The translations under genes were made by a program, and so were the position numbers. DNA of 19,743 bases from Vulcanimicrobiales bacterium (lineage in GTDB: Bacteria > Vulcanimicrobiota > Vulcanimicrobiia > Vulcanimicrobiales > Vulcanimicrobiaceae), in the NCBI GenBank assembly GCA_038231455.1, contig JBBRLI010000036.1, forward strand, positions 1-19,743, in the 5' to 3' direction. The notes under the pieces were generated by a model that did no database searches, was not told where the DNA came from, and was given only the letters and a program-made list of their open reading frames with translations. Positions 7,013-14,745 of this stretch are shown piece after piece. How positions within the stretch are numbered: position 1 is the first letter of the stretch; every line of letters starts with the position of its first letter.

Positions 7013-8853
7013 TGCCGCTTCGTTCGCCGCTCCGCATTTTCGGTTTCATCGTGGCGCTTGCGATTGCGCTCGTCGCGATCGTCATTCGCCTCACGCAAGT
7101 CCAGATCGTGCAGGGCGAAACGTTTGCGGCCGCAGCACGTGCGAATCAAATTCAAAAGATTCCGGTCGTTGCGCCGCGCGGTCTCATCGTGGATCGTCAC
7201 GGAACGATCATGGTGCGCAGCCGACCGTCGTTCGTCTGCGCGCTCATCCCCTCACTCGTCAAAGATATCAACGCCGAGATTAAAGGCGTCGCGCGCGTCC
7301 TTGGCGTTCCCGAGGCGAAGCTTTGGAAACAGTTGCTTCACCATCACGGTGTCAACTACAAAGACTTCGATGAAGTCGCGATCTACGAGCCGTACGGGCC
7401 CGTGATCTTGGTGAGCGACCTCTCGACCGCGCAAATGGCGCGACTGGTCGAAGCGGAAAACGAACTGCCGGGCGTCGACGTCGAAGAACCCGCGGTGCGC
7501 AACTATCCGTATCACGGGTGGGGCTCGCATTTGGTCGGCCAAGTCGGCGCGATCACCGAAGATGAGTATGCAAAGCTCCGACGTTTGGGCTATTCATCGA
7601 ATGACGTCATCGGCAAAGCCGGGCTCGAAGAGAGTTACGACGGGTACTTGCGCGGCAAAAACGGCGGCGAGCAGGTCGAGGTGAACGCCTCGGGCGGTGT
7701 CGTGCGCAAGCTTCGCTCGGTCGACCCGATTCCCGGTAACACGCTGGTGACCGCCGTCGATTGGCGTTTGCAACGCATCGTCGAGAAGAATCTGATTACG
7801 CAACTGAAAAAGTGGAGCGTCATCCGGCATCATAAGTTGGCAGGCGCCGTCGTCATCATCGATCCGTCCGACGGCGGCGTTTTGGCGATGGCGTCGTACC
7901 CCGAGTTCGATCCCAACGACTTCGCAACGCCAATTAGTCAGACAAAGTTCTCACGTTACATGACCGACTCGCTGCGGCCGCTGTACAACCGCGCGATCGG
8001 CGCCGCCTCGCCGACCGGCTCGACGTTCAAGATGGTGACCGGCTCCGGCGCGATCAGCTCCGGCGTTATCAAGCCAAATCAGGTCCTGTACGATTCAGGC
8101 GCTTGGAACTGCCACGGTTTTACGTTCCGCGATATTGCCGCCGGCGGACTCGGTTCAACGAACTTCGTGCACGCGCTCGCCGCATCGAGCGACGGCTACT
8201 TTTATCAGCTCGGCGACCGACTCGGCCACGAACGCTTACGCTACTACGCGCTGCAATATGGGCTCGATCAAAAACTCGGTATCGACATCCCCGGTGAATT
8301 CGAAGGCAACTGGCCAACGAACGCATGGTCGATGCGCGTGTACAAACTACCGCTCGAGCCAAGCGACGTCTGCCAACTCGCGATCGGTCAAGGCGCGATG
8401 GAAGCTACGCCGTTGCAAATGGCCAACGTCACCGCGACCGTCGTGAACGGCGGCATCCTGTATCGCCCGCATCTCGTCGAGGCGATCCGCAATCCGAGCG
8501 GCCGTATCATCAAACGGTTCGATCACGAAGTGATTCGCAAAGTGAACGTCACCGCTGAAGCACTCAAAGAAGTGCGTGCGGGGATGGACAAAGTCACCGA
8601 TCCCGGCGGAACCGCCTACGGACTCAAAGTCGATGGCATTCCGTTCGGCGGAAAGACCGGCACGGCCGAAATCGGCGTCAACGGCGCCGGTTCGAACACG
8701 ACGTGGTTTGTCGCCTACGCGCCAAGCGATCATCCCAAGATCGCGATGGCCGTCTACATGGAAGGCAGCGGCAGTTACGGTGCGACCGTTGCAGCGCCGG
8801 TCGCGCAACATATCATCGCCGAATACTTCGGCAAGAAAATCCCACCGCTCTAA
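7012..8853 (+). CDS. mrdA: Penicillin-binding protein 2 (class B, elongasome transpeptidase)
   Basis: N-terminal TM, APRGLIVDRHG, RNYPY, GKAGLEESYD and LAMASYPEFDPN. Active-site motifs are STFK (SxxK), SSD (SxD, as in PBP2) and KTGT. TGATG coupling to mreD. Confidence 0.95.
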   Translation: MPLRSPLRIFGFIVALAIALVAIVIRLTQVQIVQGETFAAAARANQIQKIPVVAPRGLIVDRHGTIMVRSRPSFVCALIPSLVKDINAEIKGVARVLGVPEAKLWKQLLHHHGVNYKDFDEVAIYEPYGPVILVSDLSTAQMARLVEAENELPGVDVEEPAVRNYPYHGWGSHLVGQVGAITEDEYAKLRRLGYSSNDVIGKAGLEESYDGYLRGKNGGEQVEVNASGGVVRKLRSVDPIPGNTLVTAVDWRLQRIVEKNLITQLKKWSVIRHHKLAGAVVIIDPSDGGVLAMASYPEFDPNDFATPISQTKFSRYMTDSLRPLYNRAIGAASPTGSTFKMVTGSGAISSGVIKPNQVLYDSGAWNCHGFTFRDIAAGGLGSTNFVHALAASSDGYFYQLGDRLGHERLRYYALQYGLDQKLGIDIPGEFEGNWPTNAWSMRVYKLPLEPSDVCQLAIGQGAMEATPLQMANVTATVVNGGILYRPHLVEAIRNPSGRIIKRFDHEVIRKVNVTAEALKEVRAGMDKVTDPGGTAYGLKVDGIPFGGKTGTAEIGVNGAGSNTTWFVAYAPSDHPKIAMAVYMEGSGSYGATVAAPVAQHIIAEYFGKKIPPL

Positions 8854-8858
8854 TCCCG

Positions 8859-9377
8859 CTAGTCACTGCGATGTTCGACTCCGTCGGCCGTGCGCGTCCA
8901 GTGCACGTGGTCGGTCGAGACTTCCTGACGGAACTCGATCGTTCGCGGCGATCGGAACGTATTGACGATGCGCACGTCGAGTTGTTTGCCACGATCGTCG
9001 CGATCGCGCCACGGGTACGTCCACGTCTGACCTGCAATTCGAAGGTCGCCGGCCGGAGCCGGGGCCGAACCACCAACAATCACGTGCGTATGGTAAAGCG
9101 CGATCTTCGGGTCGTACGTATAAACGATTAGCGCGGCAGACGCTCCATTGACGAATTGATGGCACGTATAGTATTCGGCACTGCGCCAGCAATCGTTCCG
9201 CACGCGACTCGTCTCGGTTCGCGCACGGCTGTAGGCGGTTTTATGATGCACGATCGTCGTCGTCCAGGTGCCCCGGTACGCCGCGATGCGGGCGATTGGT
9301 GAATCGTCCATTGCCCCCGCAGCAGCGGCTCCGAGCGCAAAGGCGATAGCGATGAACGTCATGAGGCGAAAGCGCAC
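8859..9377 (-). CDS. Secreted/periplasmic hypothetical protein, predicted beta-rich
   Basis: Signal-peptide-like N-terminus (MRFRLMTFIAIAFALGAAAAGA), an early G.W motif (YRGTW), one Cys pair and alternating beta-strand patterns. Starts 2 nt after the receptor stop. Confidence 0.75.
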   Translation of the reverse strand: MRFRLMTFIAIAFALGAAAAGAMDDSPIARIAAYRGTWTTTIVHHKTAYSRARTETSRVRNDCWRSAEYYTCHQFVNGASAALIVYTYDPKIALYHTHVIVGGSAPAPAGDLRIAGQTWTYPWRDRDDRGKQLDVRIVNTFRSPRTIEFRQEVSTDHVHWTRTADGVEHRSD

Positions 9378-9379
9378 GA

Positions 9380-12300
9380 TCAGAACCCCAACTGGTAGTA
9401 AAACCGCAGCGAGCGCGGAGCGCGATTGGGTGCAATGATATACGGACCGGTGCCGCCGTTCAACTGTCCGCTAAAATTCGGCGCGATCCCAATACCCGGA
9501 AAGGCGAGGGCGTTGGTGGAGTAACCGGTTTTCGGTCCGCTGATCCCCGTCGCAACGACCTGGTACCGATTGCTCAACTGAGGTTGATTGTAGAGCTGGT
9601 TGAAGACGTTGCCCACGAGCACCCCAAAGGTCTGCTTACCGGATGCGGGCGGGGTGAATTCGAGCGATAGATTTGCAACGATACGCGGGGCACTCAGAAA
9701 TCCGCCGGCGCTTGCCGCCTCCGTCGTCCCGCGCGTCGCCGAAATATTCGGCTTGAGAAACGTGCCGGGATTTTGCGGATCGACGTAACGGTCAGCCGTC
9801 GCCGCGCCCGCTGCATTGGTGATGTTCGTGTTCGCAACATTGCGCGGTATGCCGTTCACGAAGGTCGCCGTATAGAGACCATCACCGATCGGAAAACCAC
9901 TATTAAAAAACGCAATCGGATTGATGCGAAACCCGCTTCGCGTCTTGTACGAAGCGGCAAGCGTGATGTTCAGTGGTGAGAGAAAGCCGACGCGATACTG
10001 ATTCCCGAGCAAGAGCGACGCGGTCGGGATAGCCGGAAAGAAATCTTCGTTTCCGGATTTCGGCACGACGTTGGTGAACTCGTTGAGATAGGTCGCCGAG
10101 AGTTGCCCGGAGAGCCCGACATTTGCTTCTTTGGTGAGATAGAATTCCACGCCCGTGGTGCGTGAGATTCCGAGGTTCGTAGTCGTCGGGGGGTTGAAGA
10201 TGACCGCGCCGGTATTCGGATCGGTTAGGATCGCGCCGTTGACGATGCGCGGCGATGCGACTTGCGCGAGTCCGTCGTAGCCTCGACGATAGAACGGCGA
10301 GATCTTGAACGCCACGTTCTTTGGGAACTGATGCGAATACGAGCCGTCGATATTCGTAAAGGTCGCGGCCTTCGCCGGCTGAATCGGCGTGCCGTTATAG
10401 TTGTTCGCATTTTCCCAATAGAGCTGGTCGGCATAGTCTTTACACGGGCGATCGCCGGTGGTGCCGCAGAACGTTGCCGGACCGCCGCCGTTCAAAGCAT
10501 TGTTTGACGGAATGCCTGCGAATGCGCGAAAGACGCTGGCTTGCGGCGTGAGGTCGATGAAGGCGAGCGATGGAATCTCGACCGATCGCCCGTACGAGAC
10601 GCGCAGCGCATCGGACTTGGTCAACTGGTAGGCGACTCCGACGCGCGGTTCCAGCACGCGTACGTGGCGCGTTTCATCGGAATAGTTGAATTGATCGAGA
10701 GCGGGATTTGGCGTTCCGATGAGCGCCGGATTGGCGCCCGCCGTCCCCGCCGTGTAGAGCCCCGTCGCGGTCGGCAAGCACGTTGCAATGGAACACGTGG
10801 GGAGGCGGAGTTGCGATCCATCCAAACGCAGGCCGGCGTTGATCTTCAGTTTGTCGGATGCCGTGAACGTGTCGTTGAGATAGAGCGCAAAATCGTTCCG
10901 ATTGGTGGCGGTCCCTTCATCGGTCGGCGGAACCGGTGGAAGGCCACTCGGAAAAAACTTCTGCCCATTTGCATAGTTGCCGTAGAGATAACCGCAGCCA
11001 CCCGCACCGAGCGGGCAATTGGGATCCGTCGGTGAGACGAAATCATAGGCTTCACCCGCATTGCCGAAGGCGCTGAAGAGCAAGAAGCCATCGGTGCCGG
11101 CCGGTTGACTGTACACCGGATGCAAGAATTCGTATTTGCCGCCGAACGTCAGTAAATGCTTCGATCCGATCTGCCGCGTGAGATCGAGCGCAAACCCCGT
11201 CCGCTCGCCGCCTTGCAGCGCCGTGAAATCTGACGCGCCGAAAAACGCGGTTGCGTCGTACGGAAAATCAAACGTGACGACCGACCCGACGCGGTAGAAC
11301 TTCGCCGTCAAGTATGTTGCCGCATCGAGGTTGTTCGAATACTGCACTTTGAATGTGTCATTCGGCTGATGCGTACCCGTCGGCGTACGATTGAGCTTCT
11401 GCGTTGCGGATTGCTGGTACTGGTCGAGCGTAATCAGCGACTGGATTTGCGTCGTCGTCAGGCCGGTAACGGCACGCGCGTTTGCAAGCCAGAATGGATC
11501 GTTCGATTTAAAATACAGATTGCTGAACCCGCCGTATCCTTGTGCGAACTCATTGGCTTGGTTTTGATAGAAGAATTGCAGCTGTTGGCTGTTGTCGCGA
11601 CCGAACTTGTAGATGGAATTCGTGACGAAATCCGCTGCGTTGTACGTCGAGCCACCGTAGAACGCACCGATCAGCGTGGCATCGCTATTGCGAGCGCCAA
11701 ACTGCGAGCCGGTGCGTTGTCCGATGAACGAAACATAGTTCGAGAAGCGACCGTTTGGCGTTGCAAAACCATACTCGCTGCGGAAGTAGTGGTTGTACGC
11801 AGGCGACGCAGCGTCGACTTCCACCGTACCGAACGGCGGGCGCGTCCCTTTGTTGGAGACGAGATTGATGACGCCGGTGCCGGAATTCCCAACCGACGCA
11901 TCGCCCGCACCCGGCGTGAGCTGGAGCGAGCCGACGCCATTGATGGAGAGCGTGTTGACGAATTGGCTCGTGAACGCATCGGTGTAGTCGATGCCCTCGA
12001 ACTGGAAGCCCTCTTCGTTTTCGCGGCCGCCCCGTAAGACGGGATACCCGCTCGAATCAAGTGACGCGCCCGGAAGTGCAACCAGCAGATTCGTTTCGCT
12101 CGTCCCGCCTTTCTTGCCGAGCACCGTGTCGATTTGGGCGGCGGTCACGGTGTACGTGTCAACGGTCTGGCCCGGCTGAAAGGCCCCGCCTTGGCTGCGC
12201 GCCGTCGTGCGGCCAATCGTCTGAAGTTGCTTTGAGAGTTGGATCGAGACGCTCGCTGACTGATCGGCAAACACGCTCACGCCTTGCTGTGTCTGTCGTT

Positions 12301-12556
12301 CGTACCCCGCGCCTTGAAAGGTGAGTGTGTACGTATCGGGCGAGACCCCGAGAAAGACGTAGTACCCTTGCGCGCCGGTCTTGGTCTCGTAGCGCCCGGT
12401 CGGCGATTGGGCGGTGACGGCCACGCCCGCGAGCGGAACACCGCCAGCGGTCACGGTCCCGGCGATTTGGCCGGTCGTGCCGGCGATGCCGCGCACGGGT
12501 ACGGACAAGAGCAAGACGATCGCCAGCGTAAGTGCGGCGCGCAAAAATTTTGACAC
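9380..12556 (-). CDS. TonB-dependent receptor-like outer-membrane protein with N-terminal carboxypeptidase-regulatory-like domain (Oar-like)
   Basis: Signal peptide, then GTTGQIAGTV...G.YVFLGVSPDTYTLTF (CarboxypepD_reg-like). Plug-like LLVALPG...LRGG...FEGID...GVINLV. Barrel strands ALYLNDTF..SDKLKINAGLRLD and EPRVGVAYQL. C-terminal FYYQLGF beta-signal. SD-like GAGGT upstream of the GTG start. Confidence 0.9.
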   Translation of the reverse strand: MSKFLRAALTLAIVLLLSVPVRGIAGTTGQIAGTVTAGGVPLAGVAVTAQSPTGRYETKTGAQGYYVFLGVSPDTYTLTFQGAGYERQTQQGVSVFADQSASVSIQLSKQLQTIGRTTARSQGGAFQPGQTVDTYTVTAAQIDTVLGKKGGTSETNLLVALPGASLDSSGYPVLRGGRENEEGFQFEGIDYTDAFTSQFVNTLSINGVGSLQLTPGAGDASVGNSGTGVINLVSNKGTRPPFGTVEVDAASPAYNHYFRSEYGFATPNGRFSNYVSFIGQRTGSQFGARNSDATLIGAFYGGSTYNAADFVTNSIYKFGRDNSQQLQFFYQNQANEFAQGYGGFSNLYFKSNDPFWLANARAVTGLTTTQIQSLITLDQYQQSATQKLNRTPTGTHQPNDTFKVQYSNNLDAATYLTAKFYRVGSVVTFDFPYDATAFFGASDFTALQGGERTGFALDLTRQIGSKHLLTFGGKYEFLHPVYSQPAGTDGFLLFSAFGNAGEAYDFVSPTDPNCPLGAGGCGYLYGNYANGQKFFPSGLPPVPPTDEGTATNRNDFALYLNDTFTASDKLKINAGLRLDGSQLRLPTCSIATCLPTATGLYTAGTAGANPALIGTPNPALDQFNYSDETRHVRVLEPRVGVAYQLTKSDALRVSYGRSVEIPSLAFIDLTPQASVFRAFAGIPSNNALNGGGPATFCGTTGDRPCKDYADQLYWENANNYNGTPIQPAKAATFTNIDGSYSHQFPKNVAFKISPFYRRGYDGLAQVASPRIVNGAILTDPNTGAVIFNPPTTTNLGISRTTGVEFYLTKEANVGLSGQLSATYLNEFTNVVPKSGNEDFFPAIPTASLLLGNQYRVGFLSPLNITLAASYKTRSGFRINPIAFFNSGFPIGDGLYTATFVNGIPRNVANTNITNAAGAATADRYVDPQNPGTFLKPNISATRGTTEAASAGGFLSAPRIVANLSLEFTPPASGKQTFGVLVGNVFNQLYNQPQLSNRYQVVATGISGPKTGYSTNALAFPGIGIAPNFSGQLNGGTGPYIIAPNRAPRSLRFYYQLGF

Positions 12557-12621
12557 AGGGGACTACCTCGCGGTCGGAGAGGGCTAGGTGCCCTCGATTT
12601 TCGCCCGCCGGGACCATCCGC

Positions 12622-12643
12622 GTCCTAAAAAAGTCCTCAAGAA
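12622..12643. repeat. Tandem 11-bp direct repeat (GTCCTAAAAAA / GTCCTCAAGAA), candidate wHTH operator
   Basis: Two adjacent 11-mers with 9 of 11 positions identical, in the 91-bp gap between the regulator stop and the receptor start. Confidence 0.6.
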
Positions 12644-12647
12644 ACGC

Positions 12648-14060
12648 TCAATCTTCGACCCAGGTCCGAAAGCGCGACGTGCGTGCGAGCGCGCTGAAGC
12701 GCGGATCGTGCGCGATCTGCCGACGCTCGCCCGGGCTCACCCGCGCCAGCCACACGTACGCAGCGCGCGCATCGCCGAGCGCAACATATGCCGCGGCCAT
12801 CGCCGATGCGTCCCAGTCATCGGTGGAATCGACGTCCGTCGTTCGTTCGGCCCGCGCGAGCCCGCCGATCGCGGCTCGCGAACGGCCGCGCAAGGCGTCG
12901 AGCCGCGCGGCAAGCGATGAAGCTTGCAGGCGCGTTCCGCGGTGCGCGGCGAGATCGACAATAACGGCCTCGGCCGCCACAAAATCGCGTCGCTCGATGA
13001 ACGCGTTTGCGAGCGTCAAACGGGCGATGGGCACGAGCGCATGCGCGCGCAGCATCTGCTCGGAGAAGGCGATCGCCTCACCATAGTCGCCGAGCAGATA
13101 ATCCGTCCAGGCAAGCGACGCGCGGGTCCCGGGCACGTCGGGCGCAAGCGATACCGCGCGCGCGAAGAGCCGCCGTGCTTCGGCGATGCGGCCCCGATTG
13201 AGAAGCAACGACCCTTGCCAGGCAAGTGCGCTCAACTCGTCGGGATTGCGCGCGAGGGCGCGAGCGAACGAGCGGCTCGCAGCGGCATCGTCGTGTTGTA
13301 TCGACATCTGGACCGCACCGAGCGCCGTGTCGGTCGCCGCAGACTGCGAATCGCGTCGCTGCGCGGCATCGGCATAGGCGGTCGCAAGACCCTGCATCTG
13401 CGTGCGATCGCTTGCAGAGCCCGCGTAGAACACGAGACTCGCGGCGACCTGCGAGCGACCCGCAAATCCGAGCGCGCTCTGCGGGTATGCGGCGGCGACT
13501 TGCGCGTAAAGCGCATCGCTGCGTTGCAAACTTGCAAGAGAGCCGCGCATTTGATATTGCTTGGCGAGCAGATACGCCGACATGGTGTTCGCATCGAGCG
13601 TTCCCGGTGCACGGTGGGTCACGGCGAAGAACGCCATCGCCACCACGACAACCGCAACTGCCGCACTCGCAAGCGTTGCGACCGTGCGCACGCCGCCAAC
13701 ACGCGCGCGCACAACCGGTTCACTTGCGCGCGCTAGTACGGACGGCACGTCCGGCAGCGTGCCGTTTACACGCAGCGCGTAGCCGCGTTTGGGGACGTTT
13801 TCGATGGCAAGACCGCACGACTGTTCTTTGAGAAACGCGCGCAGCACGTAGATCGTCTGGGTAAGATTCGCTTCGTCGACGTAACTCTCAGGCCACACGC
13901 GATCGAGCAGCGTGCGCTTATCGACGACTTCGCCGACGTGTTCGACGAGTTCGATAAGCACATCGACCGCTTTGGGTGCGAGCGGCACGGCGGTACCCGC
14001 GCGCCGAACGACGCGCTCATCCGGCGAGAGCTCGAGTAACCCAAACCGATACGGAGCCAT
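12648..14060 (-). CDS. OmpR/PhoB-type winged-helix transcriptional regulator with TM segment and TPR domain (ToxR/CadC-like)
   Basis: YRFG..., VPLAPKAVDVLIELVEH.GEVV, LLDRVWPESYVDEANLTQTIYVLR and IENVPKRGY (Trans_reg_C), with no receiver domain. Hydrophobic VATLASAAVAVVVVAMAFFAV follows, then TPR-like repeats (FARALARNP, FARAVSLAP). Confidence 0.9.
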   Translation of the reverse strand: MAPYRFGLLELSPDERVVRRAGTAVPLAPKAVDVLIELVEHVGEVVDKRTLLDRVWPESYVDEANLTQTIYVLRAFLKEQSCGLAIENVPKRGYALRVNGTLPDVPSVLARASEPVVRARVGGVRTVATLASAAVAVVVVAMAFFAVTHRAPGTLDANTMSAYLLAKQYQMRGSLASLQRSDALYAQVAAAYPQSALGFAGRSQVAASLVFYAGSASDRTQMQGLATAYADAAQRRDSQSAATDTALGAVQMSIQHDDAAASRSFARALARNPDELSALAWQGSLLLNRGRIAEARRLFARAVSLAPDVPGTRASLAWTDYLLGDYGEAIAFSEQMLRAHALVPIARLTLANAFIERRDFVAAEAVIVDLAAHRGTRLQASSLAARLDALRGRSRAAIGGLARAERTTDVDSTDDWDASAMAAAYVALGDARAAYVWLARVSPGERRQIAHDPRFSALARTSRFRTWVED

Positions 14061-14124
14061 AGGCGCTTGCCCTTACGCGCCCGCGCGAGCGCTCCTTCCG
14101 CTCGAGTCGGCGGTCTGCGAACCC

Positions 14125-14745
14125 TTATGCAGCGCCGAGCAGCGCGAGCACCGCGCGCATCGACTGCACGCGCGCCGGAACGGTGCAGTCGGCAAGGTAC
14201 GCATCGACGCGCACCATTTCTCCCGCCCGAGCGAGCTCGACGGCGGCGACGAGAGCAACGGATTCTTCGTCATCGCCAAGTCCCGCATCGAGCATTTCCA
14301 TATTGTGACGGCGCGCGAATGCCTCGAGCGCCAGCAGTCGTTGACCCGCCTTCGGTGAACGCATCGCAAGCGAAAGCGTGGGATCGACCGTACCGGCGCA
14401 CGTGCCGATCGCACCAACGATCACCTCGCGCATGTCGTCGAATTCTTCTTGATAGGCAAGCGCGAGTGCATCGGCGCACCACGGTTCTCCAACGAAGCCC
14501 AGTCCCTCAGCAAGACGACGACGCTCGTTCAGATCGAGTTTAGGCGGCAAATCGGCATCGACCAGATGAATCCACGTGAACGGCACGTGCACGGTGGCTG
14601 GGCCGGTCAGTTCGGCCGCGCCGCTGAGCGATGTCACGCCCGCGCGGGATTGCGATTGAATCGGCACGGCCGTGCGCGGCCAAAACCGTGCGACCGCGAT
14701 CAGGACGATTCCGAGAACCGCGAAGATGAGCGCCGGAACGAGCAC
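14125..14745 (-). CDS. Membrane-anchored hypothetical protein with HEAT-like helical repeats
   Basis: N-terminal TM (MLVPALIFAVLGIVLIAVARFW) and HEAT-like segments (RLLALEAF; LGDDEESVALVAAVELARAG). The GTG start directly follows the upstream TAA. Confidence 0.75.
   Translation of the reverse strand: MLVPALIFAVLGIVLIAVARFWPRTAVPIQSQSRAGVTSLSGAAELTGPATVHVPFTWIHLVDADLPPKLDLNERRRLAEGLGFVGEPWCADALALAYQEEFDDMREVIVGAIGTCAGTVDPTLSLAMRSPKAGQRLLALEAFARRHNMEMLDAGLGDDEESVALVAAVELARAGEMVRVDAYLADCTVPARVQSMRAVLALLGAA

Noticed and set aside
12532-13831. Plus-strand ORFs of 184-270 aa opposite the regulator
   Set aside because: Antisense shadows with low-complexity Arg/Ala/Ser composition.
14061-14124. Possible GC hairpin in the leader of the regulator gene
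   Set aside because: Short imperfect GCGC pairing is expected by chance at this GC content, with no T-tract or recognisable riboswitch motif.
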